Shown here: positions 35,540 through 43,737 of the stretch, in pieces
Numbering within the stretch: the stretch's first letter is position 1
Layout of the letters: each line of letters starts with the position of its first letter
From: Candidatus Parcubacteria bacterium
Lineage (GTDB): Bacteria > Patescibacteriota > Microgenomatia > Levybacterales > UBA12049
NCBI GenBank assembly: GCA_039798685.1
Contig: JBDKFM010000001.1
Span: forward strand, 1 to 45,727
Direction: 5' to 3'
Length of the DNA: 45,727 nt
Notes under the pieces: generated by a model
The model's input: the letters and a program-made list of their open reading frames with translations, nothing else
Database searches by the model: none
Told to the model about the DNA's origin: nothing
Translations under genes and position numbers: made by a program

Positions 35540-36325
35540 ATGAAACTACATAGAATATACGCAATCGTCCTAAGAAATTTGTTTTTTTTCAGAAGAAGCT
35601 ATGACCGTATTACTGATGCGTTTTATTGGCCCGCAATTGATGTGATTGTGTGGGGAATGACCAGTTCATATTTCACTCAATTTGCACCTCTTAACTCACC
35701 TGTTGTATTAATTCTTCTTTCAGGTATTCTCTTTTGGATTGTTGTGTATAGAGGGCAGTATGAAATTAACATTGGCTTACTTGATGAAGTGTGGAATAAG
35801 AATTTAATCAATCTTTTCGTCGCCCCCCTTAAATTCTCAGAATGGATTCTCGCACTTATGGCAATTGGCATAATCAAAACAGCGATGAGTTTCGTTTTTG
35901 CTATTACACTTGCGATGATGTTATATAAAATTAATTTCCTCGGATTCGGCTGGTACTTTCTCCCATTTTCACTTCTGCTTCTCATGACGGGATGGTGGGT
36001 CAGCTTCTTTGTCACAGGACTGATCCTGAGATTCGGAACACGAGTACAAGCATTTGCGTGGACTACCCTCGCAATCCTCTCTCCATTTTCAGCAATCTAT
36101 TATCCTGTCAGCGCTCTTCCTCAATGGGCTCAAGTAATTGCAGCAATTATACCAACAAGTTATGTATTTGAAGGAATGCGTCAGGCAATAAACACAGGGA
36201 TAGTAAGTCCACACAATCTAATTATGAGCTTCATACTAAATCTTGTGTTCCTCATAATTGCTACAATCTTTCTGAAAAAAAGTTTTAACAAAGTTCTTGA
36301 AAAAGGACTCGTCAAAGTCTACTAG
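35540..36325 (+). CDS. ABC-2 type transporter permease
   Basis: 261 aa with six hydrophobic spans, starting 1 nt after the ATPase stop. Confidence 0.85.
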   Translation: MKLHRIYAIVLRNLFFFRRSYDRITDAFYWPAIDVIVWGMTSSYFTQFAPLNSPVVLILLSGILFWIVVYRGQYEINIGLLDEVWNKNLINLFVAPLKFSEWILALMAIGIIKTAMSFVFAITLAMMLYKINFLGFGWYFLPFSLLLLMTGWWVSFFVTGLILRFGTRVQAFAWTTLAILSPFSAIYYPVSALPQWAQVIAAIIPTSYVFEGMRQAINTGIVSPHNLIMSFILNLVFLIIATIFLKKSFNKVLEKGLVKVY

Positions 36326-36360
36326 TGGTGAAGTAATTTTTTGTCTGATAGAATAGGCAT

Positions 36361-36819
36361 ATGCTAAAACAGAAACTGCAGGAAAACCTCAAGCAAAGCA
36401 TGCTAGCCAAAGACGCAGTAACAACTTCAACACTTCGCATGCTTATCTCAGCAATAGGTTACTACGAAATCCAAAAAGGTGGTGCCGGATACGAAGCTAC
36501 CGATGAGGATGTACTTTCAGTCATTGGACGAGAGGTGAAACAACGCAATGATGCTATTGAACAATTTATGACGGCAGGACGCGAAGAACTAGCTGCGAAA
36601 GAACTAAAAGAAAAAGCAATTCTTGAAGTATATCTTCCTGAACAAATGACAGAAGAAGATATCAGGCGAATTGTTGCAGATGCTGTTTCCAAAACAGGCG
36701 CCTCTTTACCACAGGATATGGGAAAAGTCATGGGCGTACTTATGCCGCAGGTAAAGGGAAAAGCTGATGGAGGATTGGTAAGTAAAATCGTGAAAGAGGC
36801 TCTCTCCCCAACCCCTTAA
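36361..36819 (+). CDS. GatB/YqeY domain protein
   Basis: MLKQKLQENLKQSMLAKD...TLRMLISAI...REVKQRNDAIEQF is the typical YqeY layout. Extended -10 TGATAGAAT (36346..36354) lies 6 nt before the ATG. Confidence 0.85.
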   Translation: MLKQKLQENLKQSMLAKDAVTTSTLRMLISAIGYYEIQKGGAGYEATDEDVLSVIGREVKQRNDAIEQFMTAGREELAAKELKEKAILEVYLPEQMTEEDIRRIVADAVSKTGASLPQDMGKVMGVLMPQVKGKADGGLVSKIVKEALSPTP

Positions 36820-36831
36820 ACCACCTCTTCT

Positions 36832-37737
36832 CTACTTCCGGCTTCTCTTCTTGTCAAAATCGTACCAACTTACTAGAAGCGGCGCAGCATTAAATATTGA
36901 TGAGTACGTCCCACTAGCAATACCGATAAGGAGTGCAAAAACAAACCAGTGTGTCGATCCTCCTCCAAAAAGTAACAAAGCAAATAACACAAGTATCGCA
37001 GTAAGAGATGTGTTCAGCGACCTATTGAGTGTCTGTAAAATTGAATCATTTACGATTTTTTCAAACGAGTGCCCACTTACTCGAATCAGATTCTCCCGGA
37101 TTCGATCAAACACAACAATCGTATCATGGACTGAAAATCCTATCACGGTGAGAACAGCAGTCACAAAGAGACTATCAATCTCAACACCTGCAAAATGACC
37201 AAGGATCGAAAAGATTCCTATGACGACCAATACATCATGCAGCACGGCGATGACCGTACAGACGCCAAACTTCCAGCTACTCGCAGGTTTTGGAACTTTC
37301 CTAAACGAAAACGCGATATACAGCACAATCAAAAATGTTGCAAGTACAGTTGATTTGACTGCGTTAAGCGTTGTTTCATTTCCGATCGTCGGACCAACCG
37401 TTTCAAATGATTCCTCAATAAGCGGTAACTTCTCTTGCTTTATTCTTTTTAGGATCGCAGTATTCGCTTTTTTATCGATTGAGACGGTGCGAATAATAAG
37501 TGCCTTTTCCGACTGTTGTGTTGTTGCGATTGTGACATTCTCTTCCCGCACTATCTGCTTTGTTTTTTCAACAGTCTGCTGTGAAATCGTCTGCTTGCTC
37601 ACAAAGGTCATCCGCGATCCCCCTGTAAAATCAATAGAAAGCTTGAGACCAAAAAGCAGCAATGACACAATACCTGGCACGATAAGCAGGAGTGAGGCTA
37701 AATAATACCAACGACGATGCTTTATGATATTTATCAT
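36832..37737 (-). CDS. secF: Protein translocase subunit SecF
   Basis: 301 aa. GLKLSIDFTGG; six TM spans with SVHDTIVVFDRIREN. Confidence 0.92.
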   Translation of the reverse strand: MINIIKHRRWYYLASLLLIVPGIVSLLLFGLKLSIDFTGGSRMTFVSKQTISQQTVEKTKQIVREENVTIATTQQSEKALIIRTVSIDKKANTAILKRIKQEKLPLIEESFETVGPTIGNETTLNAVKSTVLATFLIVLYIAFSFRKVPKPASSWKFGVCTVIAVLHDVLVVIGIFSILGHFAGVEIDSLFVTAVLTVIGFSVHDTIVVFDRIRENLIRVSGHSFEKIVNDSILQTLNRSLNTSLTAILVLFALLLFGGGSTHWFVFALLIGIASGTYSSIFNAAPLLVSWYDFDKKRSRK

Positions 37738-37738
37738 C

Positions 37739-39115
37739 TTAATTTTTATAAAACGTTTTTAAAATCGTTCTCGTCACAGTAATAGCGGAAAACATTGAGA
37801 CCAGCACTCCGATTGCAAGTGTCAGCGCAAATCCACGCACGACACCCGTACCAAAGTAATAGAGAATACCACTTGTAATCAGACTGGCAATATTTGAATC
37901 ACGAATTGATGTCCATGCCCGTGAAAATCCTAGCTGCAGAGCAGTTTCTTTAGATTTTCCGTGACGGAGCTCTTCACGCATTCTCTCAAAAATAAGAATA
38001 TTTGCATCGACTGCAATCCCAATAGACAAAATAAGACCCGCAATACCGGCAAGTGTGAGCGTGACAGGAACTAAACGGAAAATTGTCAGAACAAGTAGAG
38101 TATAGATCGCGAGTGCTACACTGGCGACAACTCCCAATCGTCCATACATCATACACATAAAAAACACAATAATAATAAAACCGATTACTCCCGCAAAAAC
38201 ACTCTTTTGCAATGAGTCATTTCCAAGCGTCGCACCGATTGCATGCTGCTCAAGAACAGAAAGAGAGATTGGCAATGCGCCGGCGTTAAGCTGAAGCTGC
38301 AGCTGTTTCGCCTGTTCTGTTGTGAATGCACCTGAGATAATAGCCTCCCCGCTTGGAATATGATTCTGAATAATCGGTGCATCGTACATGATATTATCAA
38401 GCGCATACCCGAGTGGTTTACCTATATTTCTTTTTGTAATGTCTGAAAATTTCTTAGCCCCTTCTGAGGTAAAGGTAAGCTGCACAACCGGTTGACCTGT
38501 TTGCTGATCAAATGTGACAACAGCCTGCTTCAGATCACTTCCGGAAAGATTTGTTTTCTTAGGAGTATCCCCAAGAAATGTCTGCGCATTCTCAGGAATA
38601 CTTGAAGGATCAAGAAGGGCTGAACCAGATGCTCCCTGTTCCCAAAACGTTAGCTTTGCTGTCGTTCCTATAAGACTCACTGCCTGATCAACATCTGTGA
38701 CGCCAGGAATCTCGACGATGATCCGATATTCATTATTTGTTTTAGACGTCTGAACAATCGGTTCGGAAACACCAAAAAAATTGATTCTTCTCTCGATAAC
38801 CTGCTTTGCAGACTCAACAGCGTTCTCACGTTGTGACGCAGGAAGGTCATCGGTGTTAGCACGAAGGACAATACTCGTACCCCCTTCTAGATCAAGACCT
38901 TTTTGAAACTCAAAACTCCTTGTAATACCGATACGCTTCAAAAACGATGCTGTGGGAATCCCGGGAATTTTCTGATCAACCACAATTTCATTTCCGGTTA
39001 AAGGAGTAGCTGGGATTGTCAGATGGATTGGGATTTCTTTTGGAAGATTTATAAGCAAACCAAAAAAAGCGAGGAGAAAAATGACGACGAGTGCAAATGT
39101 TGGACGTTTTCTCAT
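37739..39115 (-). CDS. secD: Protein translocase subunit SecD
   Basis: 458 aa. GLDLEGG, periplasmic P1 domain, C-terminal six TM spans with AVDANILIFERMREE. Confidence 0.92.
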   Translation of the reverse strand: MRKRPTFALVVIFLLAFFGLLINLPKEIPIHLTIPATPLTGNEIVVDQKIPGIPTASFLKRIGITRSFEFQKGLDLEGGTSIVLRANTDDLPASQRENAVESAKQVIERRINFFGVSEPIVQTSKTNNEYRIIVEIPGVTDVDQAVSLIGTTAKLTFWEQGASGSALLDPSSIPENAQTFLGDTPKKTNLSGSDLKQAVVTFDQQTGQPVVQLTFTSEGAKKFSDITKRNIGKPLGYALDNIMYDAPIIQNHIPSGEAIISGAFTTEQAKQLQLQLNAGALPISLSVLEQHAIGATLGNDSLQKSVFAGVIGFIIIVFFMCMMYGRLGVVASVALAIYTLLVLTIFRLVPVTLTLAGIAGLILSIGIAVDANILIFERMREELRHGKSKETALQLGFSRAWTSIRDSNIASLITSGILYYFGTGVVRGFALTLAIGVLVSMFSAITVTRTILKTFYKN

Positions 39116-39690
39116 GCCGAAAGCATCGCCTCCTCATCACCAACTATCATCACCCTTGATCCTACCAGCACACTAGCGAGAAACGGATCATTTCTTCTCT
39201 TCCGAAAACGGAACTCTTCTTCTGACATCGCAGTGTAATTGATTTCCTTGCCGATTCTTGCCTCCTCATTCCTCACAAGCACTGCTAATTCAGGAAGAAC
39301 AATCGTACCGACAACCATAAAATCAATATCATCAGGATTATTTTTTATCTTCCGAATAAATGCCCCTGAAAACATAGCAAATTTTATTTTTCCAAGTTTT
39401 GCTCTATTCTTTAGAAGATCATGTCCAAGACCAATTGTTTTTGAACCTATCTCAAGCAAATCATAATAAAACGGGTAATTTTTATCGAGCGCATAATATA
39501 CCCTGTTTGCCCTTTGTTCTCTGGTAAATATTCCTTTTTTCTCCAGAAATTGCAGTTCACGGCGAACTGCATTTATCTCATCTCCTGTTCTTCGAACGCA
39601 CTCCCGCACATGAAGCATCTCCGATGGCGATGTAAGAAACACTGTAAGAAGTTTAATTCTGGACTTTGAGGTAATAAGATCTGCCAACAT
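39112..39690 (-). CDS. Winged-helix regulator fused to a possible minimal nucleotidyltransferase-like domain
   Basis: N-terminal wHTH (SRIKLLTVFLTSPSEMLHVRECVRRTGDEINAVRRELQFLEKKGI). C-terminal SGAFIRKIKNNPDDIDFMVVG resembles G(S)-x10-DxD of MNT-type NTases. ATGA overlap with the secD start. Confidence 0.5.
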   Translation of the reverse strand: MLADLITSKSRIKLLTVFLTSPSEMLHVRECVRRTGDEINAVRRELQFLEKKGIFTREQRANRVYYALDKNYPFYYDLLEIGSKTIGLGHDLLKNRAKLGKIKFAMFSGAFIRKIKNNPDDIDFMVVGTIVLPELAVLVRNEEARIGKEINYTAMSEEEFRFRKRRNDPFLASVLVGSRVMIVGDEEAMLSA

Positions 39691-39701
39691 AAATTTTCAC
39701 T

Positions 39702-39730
39702 ATTGTAGCTCTTTCTGATCCGTATATCAA
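39702..39730 (-). promoter_or_regulatory. Sigma70-type promoter of the wHTH-secD-secF operon
   Basis: Minus strand TTGATA (39730..39725), 17-nt spacer, TACAAT (39707..39702), then 11 nt to ATG 39690. Confidence 0.55.
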
Positions 39731-39770
39731 TAGTACTCAAAAGGGGATTATTATCTCTTTGTGGCAGTAA

Positions 39771-40937
39771 TTATTTCGCGTCGAGTGTTCCGGTTGTCGG
39801 GAGTATTTCAAACCATATTACACCACGATTGAACTTGATAGGTGAACCATCTGGACCCGTAATGATTGTTCGATCTTCGCGTGATGACTTTTTCCATTTT
39901 CCTTTTATTTCTTTGCCATCCTGAAAAATATATGCAGTACCGGTGCCTTTATTTTTATAAAGCCTGTGCGCGTTCCCATCATAGCCATCATTTGCTGCGC
40001 TCTCCTGCATCTCCATAACAACAATATTTTTCGCATCAAACTGCTTCTTCGTGTTCCGATCAGTATGTGATTTACCACCGTTGGAACGAAGATAGCTATT
40101 CGTTGCAGGGTCATACACCCAATCTATAAAGTAGGCACTGTAACCTTCCCACATCTCAATATGAATATCTTTTACCGTACCGCGATCTGCCTCTGGAGCA
40201 TCATTCTTAAAATCGTATGGCTCAAAAGTCGTATCCCATAATGCCCCTTCTTTGTCTTTATTCGTCAGACCTCTTGATTTTCCGACCTCCCAAAGCTTGG
40301 ACGTTGTTGAATACATGGTATGCTCCGTTGCAACCTCGCGACCCAAACGACTCTCATCACGCCTGAATGTCGGAAATCCTATGGAAAACTGATTCATATC
40401 GTTATATTGATTCCAACCGTAATCCCCAATTTGTCCCAAGGCGTTGGCCGGCCCCGGCGTATTAGCTCCTCCCACATGCGCATAGAGAGGATACTCACCA
40501 TACTCTGAGATCCAATCAAGAAAATAGGTTCTCGCAGACCGAACAGGTCCTACGATTCCCGCATCCTGACAATAAAAGACTCCCAGAAACCTGGTAATTC
40601 CTCCCTCAGCGACCGCCTCATACACGACATCTGCAAAAGACAAACCGGATTGAGGTCTTGAATCTTCATGATTCTCAATCATGATACCGAGAGGCCTATG
40701 GGATTCCCACCATTTCTTCTGTTCCTTGGAATATTTCGCTCCGTTCAGTGGACACACTTCTGTTCTGGGTTTTGACTGATCAAAAACCAACGCATCAAAA
40801 TCGTTCCCTTTTTCTACGACTGATGTAGTAGGTGCTGATGGCTCACCCTGCACTGCAACAAAAAACATATAAGAACCTGCTGCTGAAGCAAAATATACAA
40901 TCAAAGCAAGGATAACAAGGGTGATTTTATTATTCAT
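39771..40937 (-). CDS. DUF3048 domain protein (YerB-like, membrane-anchored/secreted)
   Basis: N-terminal anchor, then RPLGIMIENHEDSRPQSGLSFADVVYEAVAEGGITRFLGVFY, which matches the DUF3048 core. Confidence 0.7.
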   Translation of the reverse strand: MNNKITLVILALIVYFASAAGSYMFFVAVQGEPSAPTTSVVEKGNDFDALVFDQSKPRTEVCPLNGAKYSKEQKKWWESHRPLGIMIENHEDSRPQSGLSFADVVYEAVAEGGITRFLGVFYCQDAGIVGPVRSARTYFLDWISEYGEYPLYAHVGGANTPGPANALGQIGDYGWNQYNDMNQFSIGFPTFRRDESRLGREVATEHTMYSTTSKLWEVGKSRGLTNKDKEGALWDTTFEPYDFKNDAPEADRGTVKDIHIEMWEGYSAYFIDWVYDPATNSYLRSNGGKSHTDRNTKKQFDAKNIVVMEMQESAANDGYDGNAHRLYKNKGTGTAYIFQDGKEIKGKWKKSSREDRTIITGPDGSPIKFNRGVIWFEILPTTGTLDAK

Positions 40938-40952
40938 GGGTATCGTATAACT

Positions 40953-41423
40953 CTAAAGTTTTTTTAAATTTTTTGCAAGTTTTATTGCTTTCTGTTCTTC
41001 ATCTGAAAGTTCGTGTTCCTCACCCTTCCCGGCAATAACTTTCTTGGCATACCATCTTGTTCCCGACCGGGAATATAGCGCAGAAATAACAATGCCATTA
41101 TCATTTGCATCAATGAGCGAGAGAATAAAACTTTGCTCCCCTCCGGTATCTCGGAATGGGTTAAAGCGAAGTAAGCCAATCTTCTGAATATGCAGAGCGC
41201 CATCCTGTTCAAGCTTTTCAATACGAAGCGTTGAATCCTTCAGTAACCGCTTCGTATCACTCAGATTATGTGTCACGTTTTCCAAAAAACCCGAAAGAGT
41301 ATCTTTATTTGAGCCGTCAAGAAACGATCCGTACTGTTTCCGTATTTTCCAGAAAACAAAAGTAACCCAAGAAAGCCAGAGGAAGAGTAAAAAAATAAAA
41401 ACCAGCTCTAAAGAAAGCGGCAT
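40953..41423 (-). CDS. DUF4446 family protein
   Basis: N-terminal TM. IGLLRFNPFRDTGGEQSFILSLIDANDNGIVISALYSRSGTRWYAK is the characteristic DUF4446 segment. Confidence 0.7.
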   Translation of the reverse strand: MPLSLELVFIFLLFLWLSWVTFVFWKIRKQYGSFLDGSNKDTLSGFLENVTHNLSDTKRLLKDSTLRIEKLEQDGALHIQKIGLLRFNPFRDTGGEQSFILSLIDANDNGIVISALYSRSGTRWYAKKVIAGKGEEHELSDEEQKAIKLAKNLKKL

Positions 41424-41443
41424 ATCGACTCCATACTAGCCTC

Positions 41444-41462
41444 TTGACAGCCTCGCTGTCAA
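41444..41462. promoter_or_regulatory. Perfect palindrome TTGACAG-N5-CTGTCAA providing back-to-back -35 boxes for divergent genes
   Basis: TTGACAG at 41444..41450 and CTGTCAA at 41456..41462, nested within TAGCCT...AGGCTA (41437..41478). It lies in the 61-nt gap between the divergent starts 41423 and 41485. Confidence 0.5.
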
Positions 41463-41484
41463 TAGTGTAACCTAGGCTACTATC

Positions 41485-41766
41485 ATGGCTAAACATCGAA
41501 AGACACGGAAAGAAAAAATCCGGTCTGACCACCGTCAAGAACCCGTGTTTGCCACTCCGCCTGACACAGCAACTCCATCGCAGAAAAAAAGCGCATTTAC
41601 GTTTACCTTTTCACAAAAAAAGATTGATCAGACAACACAATCAACCACAACACGCGCTTCTAACCCAAACGAATACGAATTTGTAAAACATGACCTTATC
41701 AAAACGAGCATCGTTGTTGGAAGCATCGTTACTGCTCAATTGCTCTTATTCGTTCTGATTCGATAA
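41485..41766 (+). CDS. Small basic protein with a C-terminal TM tail (hypothetical)
   Basis: 93 aa. N-terminus MAKHRKTRKEKIRSDHRQ, C-terminus SIVVGSIVTAQLLLFVLI. Confidence 0.5.
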   Translation: MAKHRKTRKEKIRSDHRQEPVFATPPDTATPSQKKSAFTFTFSQKKIDQTTQSTTTRASNPNEYEFVKHDLIKTSIVVGSIVTAQLLLFVLIR

Positions 41767-41833
41767 ATCATGAAATTTTCACTGTGTACTATATTTTTTA
41801 AACATCTAATTGAGAAGGGGGGTGAATTATAAT

Positions 41834-41977
41834 ATGGCACAAATGTACTGTGTAAAATGTCGAGAAAAGAGAGACGATCCAAACGCAACACCGGTCACAA
41901 TGAAGAACGGTAAACCAGCAATGAAAGGAAAATGCCCAGTTTGTGGTACAGGAATGTACAAGATTGGAAAAGCTTAA
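41834..41977 (+). CDS. 47-aa zinc-ribbon protein (DUF5679-like), missed by the ORF track
   Basis: Own translation: MAQMYCVKCREKRDDPNATPVTMKNGKPAMKGKCPVCGTGMYKIGKA. CxxC-x24-CxxC. Strong SD GAAGGGGGGTG 8-18 nt upstream. Followed by an intrinsic terminator. Confidence 0.75.
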   Translation: MAQMYCVKCREKRDDPNATPVTMKNGKPAMKGKCPVCGTGMYKIGKA

Positions 41978-42083
41978 TTTGTTGAAGCTCCATTTTAGGA
42001 GCTGAAATCCGCCGAGCCTTGGCGAAAGCGGACTCTTTCTCTTCTTGGGAGACCTTTACAGGCTCTCAAGAAACACATAAAAA

Positions 42084-42108
42084 CCTCGCAGCAATGCGAG
42101 GTTTTTTT
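42084..42108 (+). terminator. Rho-independent terminator
   Basis: CCTCGCA-GCAA-TGCGAGG stem-loop followed by T7. Confidence 0.8.
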
Positions 42109-42205
42109 ATAGTCATTGTGAGAAACTATTGGTGATACTCAAATTTAAACAATTGTTTTTAAAGGGTTTGTCGCACTCACAACAAAAGTTCGATATAATG
42201 TGAGC

Positions 42206-42844
42206 ATGACAAGTGAAGAGAAAGTAAAAGAAATCACCAAACGACTCCGAAAGACCTATCCAGATCCAAAAACCGCACTCAATTTCAGAACTCCTCTTGA
42301 GCTTCTCATTGCAACAATACTCTCAGCTCAGGCGACCGATAAGCTTGTAAATACTATTACTCCGGATCTTTTTAAAAAATATAAAACTGCGAAAGACTAT
42401 GCAGATGCATCCGTCGAGGACATTGATGCAATGATACGGAAAGTGAATTTCCATAACAATAAAGCGAAATCCATAAAAGCCACGTCGGAGATGATTGTAG
42501 AAAAACACGACGGAAAAGTACCTAACACAATGGAGGAACTTGATGCATTACCAGGAGTTGCCAGGAAAACTGCAAACGTCGTTCTGGGAAATGCCTATCA
42601 CAAAGCTGAAGGAATCGTCGTCGATACACATGTCATGCGTCTAGCGACTAAATTAGGATTAACCGATAAAAAAGATCCGGAAAAAATTGAGCAGGATCTT
42701 ATGCAGATAGTACCAAAAACGGATTGGATAGACTTCTCACATCTACTTATTCTCTTCGGACGCGAATATTGCCCCGCACGTCCACATGAGTGCAGCAACT
42801 GCCCTCTTGGAAATCTCTGCCCTGATATCCAAAAAAAGATCTAG
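42206..42844 (+). CDS. nth: Endonuclease III (DNA glycosylase/AP lyase)
   Basis: HhH-GPD motif LPGVARKTANVVL. C-terminal 4Fe-4S cluster CPARPHECSNCPLGNLC. Start set to ATG 42206 because TATAAT (42194..42199) abuts the track GTG 42200 and lies 6 nt before the ATG. Confidence 0.92.
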   Translation: MTSEEKVKEITKRLRKTYPDPKTALNFRTPLELLIATILSAQATDKLVNTITPDLFKKYKTAKDYADASVEDIDAMIRKVNFHNNKAKSIKATSEMIVEKHDGKVPNTMEELDALPGVARKTANVVLGNAYHKAEGIVVDTHVMRLATKLGLTDKKDPEKIEQDLMQIVPKTDWIDFSHLLILFGREYCPARPHECSNCPLGNLCPDIQKKI

Positions 42845-43734
42845 AGCAATTCATCAAAAAGAGGAATGATGTCACGATTTTCTGTTGATTGCTTCACGAG
42901 AGGAATTTCTGCAATCTGTGGAGTCCCTTCTTCCCATGTTGGACGATCTTCTTTGTAGAAAACTCCCGTCGCTACCTTCTCCTTCTCACCTTCGTTTAGA
43001 GGTCGTCGAAGTGGCCATTCTTCTGCCTTCTCGAAAGCGAGCAACTTATTCAGAGGATCATGCCCCTGCTCCTCAAGTTTGTATACACGCTCATAAAACC
43101 AGGCAAACGTGTTATGGTGATTAAAGGTAACACAGGGCTGCATGGTGTCCACAATTGAAAACCCTTTATGTTGAATTGCCTGGGTGATTAGCTCTGTTTC
43201 CTGCTTATTATCTCCCGCATACCCCCTCGCAACAAACGTCGCACCTGAGGCAAGTGCTAACTGCATAATATTTACCGGAGCTTCGACAACAGGTACGGGA
43301 GTTGCTTTATTCTTCTCTCCTATATTTGTCGTCGGAGAGAATTGTCCTGTGGTCAGGCCGTACACTTGATTATCATGCACCATAAGTGTCAAATTCACAT
43401 TTCGTCTTGCCGCATGGAGCCAGTGATTCCCGCCTTCTGCCATCTGATCACCGTCTCCTCCGATCACAATTACGGTTAAACCACTATTCGCAAGTCGGAT
43501 CCCCTCAGCAACGGGCATAGGACGGCCATGCAGGCCATTAAATCCGAATGTCTTTACCCAATACGGCAATTTACTTGAACAACCGATTCCGGACACAAGA
43601 ACGACCTCCCATGGCTTAAGACCAAGCTGTACAATCGCATTCTTAAGCGATACCCATATACCAAAATCACCACACCCCGGACACCAGTTCGGCTTGTCGT
43701 AATCGATATTAAGATCCTGCAATGTTGTCGCCAT
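42841..43734 (-). CDS. 2-oxoacid:ferredoxin oxidoreductase beta subunit (TPP-binding, KorB-like)
   Basis: NWCPGCGDFGI and GIGCSS; TPP motif GGDGD...N. Stop shares CTAG with the convergent nth stop. Confidence 0.9.
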   Translation of the reverse strand: MATTLQDLNIDYDKPNWCPGCGDFGIWVSLKNAIVQLGLKPWEVVLVSGIGCSSKLPYWVKTFGFNGLHGRPMPVAEGIRLANSGLTVIVIGGDGDQMAEGGNHWLHAARRNVNLTLMVHDNQVYGLTTGQFSPTTNIGEKNKATPVPVVEAPVNIMQLALASGATFVARGYAGDNKQETELITQAIQHKGFSIVDTMQPCVTFNHHNTFAWFYERVYKLEEQGHDPLNKLLAFEKAEEWPLRRPLNEGEKEKVATGVFYKEDRPTWEEGTPQIAEIPLVKQSTENRDIIPLFDELL

Positions 43735-43737
43735 ATT

